This document shows, one piece after another, positions 1 to 14,094 of a stretch of 64,000 nt of DNA. The translations under genes were made by a program, and so were the position numbers. Origin of the DNA: Octopus sinensis (taxonomy: Eukaryota); assembly GCF_006345805.1 (NCBI RefSeq), contig NC_043007.1, positions 15,004,001-15,068,000 on the forward strand. Reading direction: 5' to 3'. The notes under the pieces were generated by a model, which worked only from the letters and a program-made list of their open reading frames with translations, was not told the origin of the DNA and searched no databases. Every line of letters starts with the position of its first letter. The stretch's first letter is position 1.

Positions 1-1320
1 TCACCCATTCGTTTTTGTTTACTAAATGATACACCGCATAATATGTACCAATTATATACCTTTGCTACATATATAGATTTGTAGGGCACCGAGAACAAGC
101 AGGCAACAGTTTAAGTCTGTATGGACAGATTTATTAACCAGCCGAATTATCTGCGATACTTTCGAAGTAACGTGTTTAGCCACAGTTACGCGGAAATGCT
201 TCTACCTTAATTTGTCAAGATATATTTAGTACCCTCTGTATATATGTATGTATATATATATAAGTATGTATGTACATATATGTATGTAGATTTATATATA
301 TATATATATATATATCTATATATATATATACATCATACATATATATATATATATAATAATATATATATATATATATAATATATAAAGACTTGTTTTATTT
401 ATATTCCTGAGCGCCATACTAATACAATTGTTTGTTTGTATTCCACCTGCCTTCGTCTTTTGTTTATTTTCATAAAGCTTCCCGTTATATATATATATAT
501 ATATATATATACATTATATATAAGGGCTTAGTAAAATAAATTACTTTGCCACATACTGAACTCATTAGAAATAGCAGCTAAAGAAATTTCTTTAGCTAAT
601 TTAATTAATTTTACCCTCAATTGTTGAAATTATATATATATATGTAAAACATTGACCCAAGAATTCTGGAGTCGGAGTCGTGGAGTGATCTTTTCAATCA
701 AATCGGTTTGTTATTAAGGTGAACTCTTTTACTCTTTTCTACCTGCTTACGCAGCTACCGAGCAAATTACCAATCTATTCAAACAAAAAAATTGAACTGA
801 GAGAAATAACTCGTGTCCAGTGGCTTGTATTTGAAGAAGATAAATGAATACAGATATATTAAATGCCATACAACATAAATTCATGATTTATCAAAATTAT
901 TCTCGCCTCTAGAGGCTGTGTCATATTTACCATACGAGAAGGGGAGATAATCTTAAAAGTCAAGAATTTCTTCAAAATGTACGACATTAAGGACAGGGTC
1001 AAGCTTATTGTCTGTTTGTTAGAGTACAGTCGTGATAACATGTTTCTAGTTCAATAGCGCCCTGGTATATCTTCAGGTCTATCTATTTACCAGACACTAA
1101 ATGTGTAACAATCGCTTGATTTCACTCACTTTTATCTTATCAATCCTTACTGTGAAGTTGACAATCTACATTATATGAAAAGATGTGCTTTACTACAAAA
1201 TGTATTGATTGTGTATGCCAGTATATATGTATGTATGTATGTGTGTACATATGAAGATAAGTATATAAGTATGGAGATAAGGATGTAAGCATATGTATAT
1301 ATATATATATATATATTATA

Positions 1321-1373
<53 letters not shown>

Positions 1374-1854
1374 ATATAAGTATGTGTGGTGTGTGGTGTT
1401 TGTATGCTTATAATTACGTATTTGTTTCTGTGTTTCTACGTTACAAGGCCTACATATTTTATATATACATACATTTATATATATGTATATATATATATAT
1501 ATAATAATATATATATATATATAATATATATAATTATATATTATATATATATATATATGCACACACACACATATATGTATATATATATCTATATAAATAT
1601 ATATATATATATCTGTATCTGTGCACATGTAGGTAGTTTCTATACTTTAGATAACCTAAAGCAAAATGTTCACATTTTTAGTCTAAACACAGATACACAC
1701 CCACACACACACAACCACACACTCCTCGACACACAAACGCACTCGTCGCTCGTTTCACACGTTGTTCCTAGCCTTCTTCTGTTTTTTTTTATTAGTAACA
1801 TTAAATGGACCGATGTGAGAATGTGATTGTGAACCGAGATGTATTTATTTAATG

Positions 1855-1972
<118 letters not shown>

Positions 1973-2177
1973 TATATATACACACATACACAATAGCGTT
2001 TACACTATTTTGATAAGAGTATTTTGTCAAAGTTCATATCAGTAGCACTCTTATATACATATATATGTTTGTGTATATGTATGCGTATGTATGTATATAT
2101 ATATTATATATATAATATATATATATTATATATATATATAATATATATATATATATGTGCATATATATATATATCTA

Positions 2178-2222
<45 letters not shown>

Positions 2223-2335
2223 TGAATGTGAATTGATATTCGAAATGGGAAAAGAAATTAACACTTTTCACAGAATCAGTATACTTAGTTTGTTACAAGA
2301 CCATCAGGAGACTATATATATATAATATATATATA

Positions 2336-2377
<42 letters not shown>

Positions 2378-3799
2378 TATGCCTATGATTCCCACTTTAA
2401 GGAAGCAGCAAAACGCAACTGTTTAACGGAAGGGAACGGGTGGAACTTTGAAATTTGGCTTTTGAGAAATATGAAATTCGCTTCAAACTTTGTTGATTTT
2501 GCTTGATGTTACGTTATAAGGAATCTGCAGACGATCCTGTCAGTGTAATTCTAAGACGATTCGCTTTTTTTTTTCTAGAATTCATAAAATATCGATATCA
2601 GAACGAGACAAAATGTTAGGACGACCGTATTGTGTAGTAGATTTGGTTGATTGTCATGTGACTGGTATTCTATTTCAGTCTGCTGAAACGATAAAGAAGT
2701 AGAGTTTTATGTATGAGACACAAAAATTTCATCAAAAACAAAATGGTCATCTTTGCGCTTGACGTTAACGCTTTTGCCTTTTGTTATACATGCTGGTCAG
2801 CATCCTCTTTGGGAATTTGTGTAAATCACATCCTTTAGATCGTATGATTAATCAAAGACATGTCCTTCTAATCAGCTTAGAAATGCGAATTACACATATA
2901 AGAGTACAAGACTTTTACATCACTTTTTAAAAATTGTGATACCATTTGTAGCTTTAAATATTAACACTGGCGCACATTCAGTCTAGTAGATTAATACTTC
3001 GCAAATTGTTTTTACTTGCAGTTTACTTAAGCGCAAATAAAAAATATTTTGCTGCATATCGTGCATGAAATCAAAGAAGATACTATTTAGTGTTAACAAA
3101 AAACAAATAAAAATAAAAATAAAAATATTATATTTTAACGTAAAAAACCCAGATAATTCAAATGAAGGAAAATTATTTAGTATCCACTTCTCTTTCAACA
3201 AATGAAAACAAAGATGAAGATATTATAATTTAGAATTTCGTCATACTGTATTTTCCGATATAGAAGTCAAATTTTTCAGATCAAAATTTTTAGCTAAAAA
3301 GGTAGGTCGATTTATACACCAAGACAACGTTGGAGTCCCCAAAATTCCATATGAAATGCAGCAGGATTTGGAAAGATAGTGACGATGTTTGAACGTTTAC
3401 ACTACATATTTACATTCTATAGTAATGTCGACTTGTATGTCGGAAAACACGGTATGTATTTCACACTAAAAAATATAATTTGAACGCATTTGCGATGCAT
3501 CTGGCTACATATCGCGACACATATTGCTATACTGTATGGCATGCCAGTGTTTCGCGGCGCACCTTTTCAGAATCACTGGTATATGAAGAGGTTGCATAGC
3601 TAAGTGGTTCATCTACATATATAGATGTACAGGAACAAATTGCTACATAAATATTTCAGATAGAAAGAAATTTATTTATTTATCTTTATAATTCTACAAT
3701 ATCGTTGGTGAGGATTATCAGACTGTGTACAGTGCCGGACAAAAGATCTTACTGTCCTTAATTGCATCCTTTCTGCCCTGAATTCCATTTTGTTTCTGG

Positions 3800-4320
3800 G
3801 ATCCGCAAAAGAAGTAGCAGTTTAACACGGAGTTCGAGATAACCGATTGTCTCCTTCTCCAATATTTGAGGCTCTATCGCACCTTTCTACTTTCTATATC
3901 GGCTGCCAAAAAGGTTGGATCTCTCTTAGGGCTGAGAGCATCTTGTACCTTTATAAGGCCATCATTCGACCATGTTTTCGTCTTTGGCTGGAGCCTCCTC
4001 TGGGAGCCTTAATTTTCTTGATCGAATTCAGAATTGAATTCGTAACTCGAATTAGATCTTCTTTGGATCATCGTCGAGATATATCTTCGTTGTATATTTT
4101 CTATAAGAATTTTCATGCTCAGATGAACTTAATGCTCGATTACCTTCAGTCAAGAAGGTGTCAGATCAGAAACGAGTGTCCGGTTTCTCTTCCCAAGCAC
4201 ATCATTTCTCTGTTGAGCTTCGTGTTAATTTTTCTTCTAAAAATCTCTTCGTGTCTTTTTCTTCTAATAATTTCTTTCCTTAAATAACTGTTCTCTGGAA
4301 CTCGTTACCATCGTTTTGCT
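3800..4320 (+). mobile_element. Degenerate CR1/Jockey-like LINE 3' fragment
   Basis: LYLYKAIIRP and SLDHRRDISSLYIFYKNFH, typical of the post-RT region; frameshifted. Confidence 0.6.
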
Positions 4321-6529
4321 TCCCCCTGGTCATTATTATCCAGTCATTCAGTAGGCGGCGAGCCGGCAGGAACGTTAACACGCCGGACGAAATGCTAAGC
4401 GGCATTTCGTCTGCTGCTACGTTCTGAGGTCAAATTCCGCCGAGGTCGACTTTGCCTTTCATCCTTTCGGGGTCGATAAATTAAGCACCAGTTACGCACT
4501 GGGGTCGATATAATCGACTTAATCCGTTTGTCTGTCCTTGTTTGTCCCCTCTGTGTGTAGCGCCTTGTGGGCAGTAAAGAAATTGGAATTCCGTCTGTCT
4601 TTACGTTCTGAGTTCAAATTCCGCCGAGGTCGACCTTGCCTCTCATCCTTTCGAGGTCGATAAATTAAGTACCAGTTATCGACTGGCCTCCTCCCATAAG
4701 ATTTAGGGCCTTGTGCCTGGAGTAGAAAAGAATATCCAGTCATTCAATCTCTCTGTCAGTCAATACTTTTTGAATTTGTAGGCACCTTCTTTTCTCTCTT
4801 CAGAGTTTCTACAGTAACCTCAAGCCTTGTTTAGGACAGAATCTTATAAAAAATATCCATAGTGTAATACCATTAAATAACACGTATGATACAGAATAAT
4901 AGTTGAGGTGCAATGGCCCAGTGGTTATGGCAGCGGACTCGCGGTCGTAGGATCGCGGTTTCGATTCCCAGACCGGGCATTGTGAGTGTTTATTGAGCGA
5001 AAACACTTAAAGCTCCACGAGGCTCCGGTAGGGGATGGTGGTGAACCCTGATGTACTCTTTCACCACAACTTTCTCTCACTCTTTCTTCCTGTTTCTGTT
5101 GTATCTGTATTTCAAAGGAGCCAGCCTCGTCACAATCTGTGTCACGCTGAATCTCTCCGAGAACTACAGAATAATAACAAAGAATATAAAAAGCAATCAA
5201 ACTCTCTTGATTTATTTAAGGTAAATATTATTTGATGTAAAAAAGGTGACGAGTTGGCGGAACTGTTAGTACGCCGGGCAAACATTTCTTTATGTTCTTA
5301 GTTCAAATTCTACCGAGGTCGATTATTTTTGTGTTTATGGGATCGGTAGTATGAACACTGAAGTCGATGTAATCGACCTACCCAATTCCTAAACATTGCT
5401 GGTTTCGTGCCAAAACTTGAGAGCAATATTATTTAATTAATTTAAGGACGGCTGATTAGCAGGCTCATTAGATCGCCTGACAAACTACTTCTGTATCTTG
5501 GCCTAATTCCTAATGCTTTTGCCTTTTAATTACACTCCGTACTTTACGATCTGAGTCCAAAGTCTGGTGTGGTCAACTTAGCTTTTACATCATTTACCCT
5601 TTTCTTTTGGTGGTATGGTGGTGAGTAGAGGTCGATAAAATATAGTCCCAATCTAATGGTGAACTTGATATAATTCACTCTAGCCCTACACCAAATTTGT
5701 GGTCTGGTGCCAATGTTAGTTGAAAATATTATTAATTAGAATATAATAATTAAGACGTAATTATGATAAAAGAGGATGAACATGGCCTAGTGGTTAGAGC
5801 AGCAGACTCGCGGTCGAGGGATCGCGGGTTCGAATCTCAGACCGGGCTATGTGTGTGTTTATGGGCGAAACACCTAGGCTCCACACGGCTCCGGCTGAAG
5901 GTAATGGCGAACTTCTGTTGATTTTTCGCCACAACTTTCTCTCACTCGTCCAGGTGGGGAACCTATACGCCAAGGAAACCGAGAAACCGGCCCTTATGAG
6001 CCAAGCGTGGCTCGAGAAGGAACAAACATTGCTCATGTAATCATCATCATCACCACCACTTTTTATCACAGACTGTCAAACGCCTTGAAAAAAGATCGGG
6101 ATCGGTGCCGTTCCTCCCCTGACTAACTCATGAATAATAATAATAATAATAATCCATTCTACTATAGGCACAAGGCCTGAAATTTTGGGGGAGGGGACTA
6201 GTCGATTACACCGATCCCAGCGTTTCAATTTACCGACACCGAAGGATAAAAGGCCAAAGTTGACCATGGCGGAATTTAATGGTTTCAAATTTTGCCCCAA
6301 TGGTAGCAGTTTTAGGGGAGGGGATGAGTAGATTACATCGTCTCCTCTCCAGTTTGAACTGGTACTTATTTCATCGATCCCGAAAGGATTAAAGACAAAG
6401 TCGACCTCGGCGGAATTTTTTGAACTCAGAACGTAGTGACAGGCGAAAAACCGCTGAACATTTCGTCCAGCGCGCTAACGCTTCTACCAGCTCGCCACCT
6501 TGACTACTACTACTACTACTACTACTACT

Positions 6530-6564
<35 letters not shown>

Positions 6565-6577
6565 GCTACTACTAAAA

Positions 6578-7680
6578 TAAATGCCCTGATGCAGTGCCAG
6601 GCATTGGCTCTTATGGCTGTTGTACTATCATGTACATTGTTTTGTCTTGGTATAAAAGATGGACTACAGCAAATATTCTGCTCAATACCACAGATTTGCT
6701 TACCAGTAGTTTGACCTTAACCAGCTAACCATGTCCCTTAGAGGCTGACGATAGGTGTATCTCTGGTCATAAGCAGAAGTAGTGGGGGAGCATCATAGCC
6801 GTGTGTTGAGAGGATTTTCTTTGGGGTTTTGATAATTCACCGTTGGAAACAGATGTTTCATTCAACATCTTAAACAACCCTTATTCAGGGATCTTTTGGG
6901 CGGAATGGGCTACCCAACCTGAAGAAAATTCTAACTGGGCCCCACCTGCAAGGTCATGCGCTGTTAATCTTGATATGAGATCACCATGTCGCGCACATAT
7001 GGTTGTGATGCATGTGCTTAGTGTACTCTTATCAGATGGGTAGTCATGATGGGTATACTGGGCGTCGTATATTTGTACCCCAGTGTCACTTTGATGGCAT
7101 GCACTGCTCTCTCACTCAATAATAATAAATGTCCTGAGGCAATACCACGCACTGGTTCTCATGGTTTTTGATCTTAACAGATTGGAAATGTTATCATGTT
7201 CATTGTTTTGTCTTGGTTTAAAAAATGGGCTGCAGTAAATATTCTGCTCAATACCACAGATTTGCTTGTCAGTTGCTTGATCTTAACACGTTGAGCAGAC
7301 CCTTAGTGGATGACGACATGTGCATCTCTGATCATGGGCAGGAGTAGTGGGGGAGCATCATAGGCATGTGTTAAGAGAAATTCTTTGGGGTTTGAATAAT
7401 TCATCTCTGGAAACATGGGTTTTTCATTCAACATCCTTAAACAACCCTCATTCAAGGACATTTTGAGCGGGATGGGATACTCAACCTGAAGAAAATTCTA
7501 ACTGGTCCCCACCTGCAAAATCATGCGCTGTTTATCTTGATATATGTCGCGTACATATGGTTGTGATGCATGTGCCTCTTGTACCCTTATCAGACGCGTA
7601 GTCATGAGGGGTATACTGGGCTTCGTATATTTGTGCTCCAGCGTCACTTTGATGGCGTGCGCTACTATTACACTCAACAA
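6578..7680. repeat. Two diverged head-to-tail copies of an interspersed repeat of about 545 bp
   Basis: Units start at about 6578 and 7126; bounded by (TAC)n, (TAA)n and (CAA)n. Confidence 0.8.
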
Positions 7681-7730
7681 CAGCAACAACAACAAAAGAG
7701 AAACGATAAAAGTTCGTGTAACGCACGTAC

Positions 7731-7845
7731 CTTGCAGGTTGTGTTGAAACTCAAAAACGGCGGTACGACTCGCAAGAAACATTTTCCGATTTGGTTTTTG
7801 GTGTCTCTTACGTAAACTGTATCTCTGTCGGTACAGCAGTCATTG
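7731..7845 (-). CDS. VWA7: VWA7-like exon Q (NDCCTDRDTVYVRDTKNQIGKCFLRVVPPFLSFNTTCK), phase 2-0
   Basis: Acceptor attttcag, donor GTACGT, 115 nt; SxxCC...V.D...G.C motif. Confidence 0.82.
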
Positions 7846-8058
7846 CTGAAAATAGACAGAAAATGAAGTGAGACATCTGAAGAAAGATATATCTAGGAAG
7901 ATTTCCGAAAATTATCGATTAAATACACTCATATACACATACATTACAATACAATACAATACATGCATACATACATACGTACATACAATACATGCATACA
8001 TACATTATCTATCTATCTATCTATCCATCCATCCATCCATTCATCGATCCATCGATCC

Positions 8059-8127
<69 letters not shown>

Positions 8128-8285
8128 ATAGTATTTCTCTCTTGTCAACTATTCCTTGAAGAAGGACTCTCTCCGAAACGTTGGATTTTCCACTTTCAAC
8201 GGCATGTTCACTCTACTGATTTTGTTGATTCTAGTAAATTGCCAACGCAGACCAACATCGGTATCTCTGGAGTCTGTTTGATCGC

Positions 8286-8351
<66 letters not shown>

Positions 8352-8799
8352 GCACAAAATTAAGAGGAATGACCACTAAAGTGGACACCCTATTTGCTAA
8401 ATATAGACGTCAAATCGTCATTACCACGAAGAAGGTGTTCTCAAGAAAAAATCTCAGCAAAACGCTAAAATACAAAAATGAGCAAGACAAATGAAAATAT
8501 ACGAAATAAATAACTATTTCTTTATTTCCCACAAGGGTCTAAACACGGAGGGGACAAACAAGGACAGACAAACGGATTAAGTCGATTATATCGACCCCAG
8601 TGCGTAACTGGTACTTAATTTATCGACCCCGAAAGGATGAAAGGCAAAGTCGACCTCGGCGGAATTTGAACTCAGAACGTAGCGGCAGACGAAATACGGC
8701 TACGCATTTCGCCCGACGTGCTAACGTTTCTGCCAGCTCGCCGCCTTATATACGAAATAAATAACGATTATCTATATACCATTGGTTTCACTTGTTAAT

Positions 8800-9480
8800 A
8801 TCTATGTATATAAACACGCAGATATGGTGGATTGGATCTGAAGTCTTCGAATTAGCTTTCTCCTTCTTGATTTTGAGAAGCCTAATTTCCCAAGATTGAT
8901 ACTTAGGCAGTGTGTTACATATCCCCATATCCCAGGACTCCAATAATTACAGTTATAAACCCAAACTTGTAATCTGGATAGAGTAACTGCAGATTTCTCA
9001 ATAGTTCAGCATAAGTATTCTCTTTTTCACTGATCTTCAGCTTTATGTTAACATCCGCAGGGTAGCTAATTTCCACAACTGTGCACAATCCCAAATCCTT
9101 ATATCAGGTCTGTTGTGCTTACATTTTATTGAGGTCTTCACTGGTACATTCCACCAGCATTCCCTTTTATTATGAGGGGCTATGGATTCTATCATATGGT
9201 GGGTTCTGATTTCTCTGTCCTCGGGATTATCCTTCTGATTACAACGTCTTGTAGATAATACGGTGATGACATTTTCGGACAACTGTTTATGATGTGGGTG
9301 ATATCTTCAGTGTGAACTCCACAAAGTCTGCATAGGTTGTCACATTTGACTGTTTTTCATGTATTTCTATTCTTTTTGTCCATGGTTGATATTTCCTGTT
9401 CCTGGATTGCAAACGCATATCCTTCAAAGTGGGAGGTAGTAATCCAGCTTTTGGCCCATGATAAACTGTTTTGATAATCG
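8800..9480 (-). mobile_element. R4/Dong-like (RLE-type) LINE C-terminal fragment
   Basis: WWNVPVKTSIKCKHNRPDIRIWD (PD-D/ExK endonuclease); broken CCHC and IIIGALG-like motifs in shifted frames. Confidence 0.7.
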
Positions 9481-9727
9481 ATGTTACTATCATTACGGAG
9501 CTTTCAAAGAATATGCGACTTTCGCTTCGAATGTGTGTATGTATGTATGTATGTATGTATGTATGTATGTATGTATGTATGTATGTATGTATGTATGTAT
9601 GTGTGTGGTATGTATGTATGTATGTATGTATGTATGTATGTATGTAGGAATGTACGTAAGTAGATAGGTAGGTCGGTCAGTCGGTTGCTAGGTAGATATC
9701 TCTCTATCTCTAGATTGTTCCGTACAC

Positions 9728-9749
<22 letters not shown>

Positions 9750-9761
<12 letters not shown>

Positions 9762-9872
9762 TATATACACACGCACCTCACTACGTATATATATTCTATG
9801 GGCTTCATACACTCAAACTTTCTCTTGCTCTCTCTCTCTTTTGCTTTCTCTTTCTCTTGCTCTCTCTGTCTT

Positions 9873-9911
<39 letters not shown>

Positions 9912-11664
9912 CACACGCACAAGCATTTGTAAAATAAATTTGCTATTTTCATCTGATTTCCCTACCCATGTCGTTTGAGTCTCATAATATATTTAATAAT
10001 AAAAGAGATAATTAAAGACAGATGTAGTATCTATAAGAAAAGTCGTGGGATGTCGCCTTGTAAAGTGAAGTGTTTTTCATGACGATCATGTATTTTCTAC
10101 AGAGGAATACAAATCGCGATTCTAGAGGCCATCAGTAGAATCCCTAGCACCAATTTTATAGCTCATACAGTGCAAATTATGTAGTGAACCTAAAGCAAAT
10201 GATGCTGAATATCTAGGGCATATCATGTAGTTGAACTAGAGCAAGTCGTGTAGCGTATCTACAAATATTTATGTTATGTGGTTATATTGTGTCTCTAGAT
10301 CATGTAGTGCATCTAAGATAAATCATGTGTCTTTAGGGAGATTTACGGTGTGTATAGAGACGTTTATCAGTGGGAATCCGTTTCTGTTTCCACCTCTCGC
10401 ATTCACAGCAACAGTTCAAGCCAGAAATATAATTAAACATGTTAATTGAAACATACTCTCTTTTACTCTTTTACTCTTTTACTTGTTTCAGTCATTCGAC
10501 TGCGGCCATGCTGGAGCACCGCCTTTAGTCGAGCAAATCGACCCCGGGACTTATTCTTTGTAAGCCCAGTACTTATTCTATCGGTCTATTTTGCCGAACC
10601 GCTAAGCTACGGGGACGTAAACACACCAGCATCAGTTGTCAAGCAATGCTAGGGGGACAAACACAGACACACAAACACACACATATACACATATATACAT
10701 ATATACGACAGGCTTCTTTCAGTTTCCGTCTACCAAATCCACTCACAAGGCATTGGTCAGCCCGGGGCTATAGCAGAAGACACTTGCTCAAGATGCCACG
10801 CAGTGGGACTGAACCCGGAACCATGTGGTTGGTTAGCAAGCTACTTACCACATAGCCACTCCTCCTACTCATGACAAATGTTATGATAAATATTTTAGTC
10901 AACAGCAGGGGATTTTTACGACAACGGCTGTATGTATACATACAACAAAACTTCCCTATACTTCCCAAAACTAGAAATAATTAAATGTTACTCTTAGCCT
11001 GAATTAGAACCTCAATGAAAGACAATTATGTATATCAATATGTCAGGCTGAGTAAAAAGCAAGCAACGTTTTGAAACATGAACTTCATCACAATATATTT
11101 CAACAATGCGGAAATTTTATTCATCAAGTAGGCGTAGGAGTGGGTGTGTGGTAAGTGGCTTGCTTACCAACCACATGGTTCCGGGTTCACTTCCACTGTG
11201 TGGCATCTTGGGCAAGTGTCTTCTACCATAGCCTCGGGCCGACCAAAGCCTTGTGAGTAGATTTGGTAGACGGAAACTGAAAGAAGGCCGTCGTATATAC
11301 GTATATATATGCATGTATGTGTGTATATGTTTTTGTGTCTGTGTTTGTCCCCCTCAACATCACTTGACAACCGATGCGGGCGTGTTTACGTCCCCGTAAC
11401 TTAGCGGATCGGCATAAGAGACCGATAGAATAAGTACTAGGCTTCCAAAGAATACGTAAACACACCAGCATCGGATGTCAAGCAATGTGGGGGGAGACAA
11501 ACACAGACACACGAACATACACACACACACACACCACACACACACACACAGATATATACACACGCACCTCACTACGTATATATATTCTATGGGCTTCATA
11601 CACTCAAACTTTCTCTTGCTCTCTCTCTCTTTTGCTTTCTCTTTCTCTTGCTCTCTCTGTCTTG

Positions 11665-11696
<32 letters not shown>

Positions 11697-13297
11697 CACA
11701 CGCACAAGCATTTGTAAAATAAATTTGCTATTTTCATCTGATTTCCCTACCCATGTCGTTTGAGTCTCATAATATATTTAATAATAAAAGAGATAATTAA
11801 AGACAGATGTAGTATCTATAAGAAAAGTCGTGGGATGTCGCCTTGTAAAGTGAAGTGTTTTTCATGACGATCATGTATTTTCTACAGAGGAATACAAATC
11901 GCGATTCTAGAGGCCATCAGTAGAATCCCTAGCACCAATTTTATAGCTCATACAGTGCAAATTATGTAGTGAACCTAAAGCAAATGATGCTGAATATCTA
12001 GGGCATATCATGTAGTTGAACTAGAGCAAGTCGTGTAGCGTATCTACAAATATTTATGTTATGTGGTTATATTGTGTCTCTAGATCATGTAGTGCATCTA
12101 AGATAAATCATGTGTCTTTAGGGAGATTTACGGTGTGTATAGAGACGTTTATCAGTGGGAATCCGTTTGTTTCCACCTCTCGCATTCACAGCAACAGTTC
12201 AAGCCAGAAATATAATTAAACATGTTAATTGAAACATACTCTCTTTTACTCTTTTACTCTTTTACTTGTTTCAGTCATTCGACTGCGGCCATGCTGGAGC
12301 ACCGCCTTTAGTCGAGCAAATCGACCCCGGGACTTATTCTTTGTAAGCCCAGTACTTATTCTATCGGTCTATTTTGCCGAACCGCTAAGTTACGGGGACG
12401 TAAGCACGCCAGCATCAGTTGTCAAGCAATGCTAGGGGGACAAACACAGACACACAAACACACACATATACACATATATACATATATACGACAGGCTTCT
12501 TTCAGTTTCCGTCTACCAAATCCACTCACAAGGCATTGGTCAGCCCGGGGCTATAGCAGAAGACACTTGCTCAAGATGCCACGCAGTGGGACTGAACCCG
12601 GAACCATGTGGTTGGTTAGCAAGCTACTTACCACATAGCCACTCCTCCTACTCATGACAAATGTTATGATAAATATTTTAGTCAACAGCAGGGGATTTTT
12701 ACGACAACGGCTGTATGTATACATACAACAAAACTTCCCTATACTTCCCAAAACTAGAAATAATTAAATGTTACTCTTAGCCTGAATTAGAACCTCAATG
12801 AAAGACAATTATGTATATCAATATGTCAGGCTGAGTAAAAAGCAAGCAACGTTTTGAAACATGAACTTCATCACAATATATTTCAACAATGCGGAAATTT
12901 TATTCATCAAGTAGGCGTAGGAGTGGGTGTGTGGTAAGTGGCTTGCTTACCAACCACATGGTTCCGGGTTCACTTCCACTGTGTGGCATCTTGGGCAAGT
13001 GTCTTCTACCATAGCCTCGGGCCGACCAAAGCCTTGTGAGTAGATTTGGTAGACGGAAACTGAAAGAAGGCCGTCGTATATACGTATATATATGCATGTA
13101 TGTGTGTATATGTTTTTGTGTCTGTGTTTGTCCCCCTCAACATCACTTGACAACCGATGCGGGCGTGTTTACGTCCCCGTAACTTAGCGGATCGGCATAA
13201 GAGACCGATAGAATAAGTACTAGGCTTCCAAAGAATACGTAAACACACCAGCATCGGATGTCAAGCAATGTGGGGGGAGACAAACACAGACACACGA

Positions 13298-13330
<33 letters not shown>
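9750..13330. repeat. Near-identical tandem duplication, period about 1783 bp
   Basis: Identical ORFs offset by 1783 (10446/12229, 10646/12429, 11117/12900); only a few differences. Confidence 0.95.
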
Positions 13331-13340
<10 letters not shown>

Positions 13341-13927
13341 CATATATACGACGGGCTTCTTTCAGTTTCCGTCTACCAAATCCACTCACAAGGCTTTTGT
13401 CGGCCCGCGGCTATAGTAGAAGACACTTGCCCAAGGTGCCACGCAGTGGGAAATGACCCGGAACCATGTGGTTGGTAAGCAAGCTACTTACCACACAGCG
13501 ACTCCTGCGCCTAGAAAAATCCAAACCTCTGCAAAAATCCAGTACAAGTTTTTCATGGTTCAAAACGTTGCTTACTTTTTACTCAACCTGGTATATTATA
13601 AATCAATCAACAAGACCACCATAAACTAAGAAAACAGAAACCCTTTAACGAGTTCAACCTTTTGAGAATGAAGGGGATCTTAGAACAACGACATCACAAG
13701 ATAGAAAAGATGTACAAACAACATTGCCAGCATATATTCACATCATCAGCTGCCTATTTGAGCAGAGCACTTCATTTTACGTTGCTCCAGTCCACTCAGC
13801 TGGCAAAAATGAGTAAGGTTGGGAATATATACACCACTGAAACCGGGAAACCGGCCCTCATGAGTCTGGTATGGCTCAAAAAGGAAACAAGAGATAGATA
13901 GATAGATAGATAGATAGTCCGACAGAC

Positions 13928-13982
<55 letters not shown>

Positions 13983-14047
13983 AAGATAGACAGCCAGATA
14001 GATAGGTAGATAGGCAGACAGACAGACAGATAGATAGACTGACAGAC

Positions 14048-14094
<47 letters not shown>

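Noticed and set aside
1030-1082. Minus-strand CTGAAGA...GAAACATGTT
   Set aside because: No G10.1-C11.1 pair and no stem I
4740-4850. Possible terminal exon of the VWA7-like gene (acceptor ctgtag near 4810)
   Set aside because: The required phase 0 gives only K-L-stop and there is no motif support; the last exon remains unresolved
4905-5000. tRNA-like heads (also near 32090, 38528, 55605)
   Set aside because: They continue into SINE bodies and lack a full cloverleaf; not tRNA genes
10150-10350. Degenerate repeats of about 22 bp (TCATGTAGT...), CRISPR-like at first glance
   Set aside because: No unique spacers or cas genes, eukaryotic context; a decayed minisatellite
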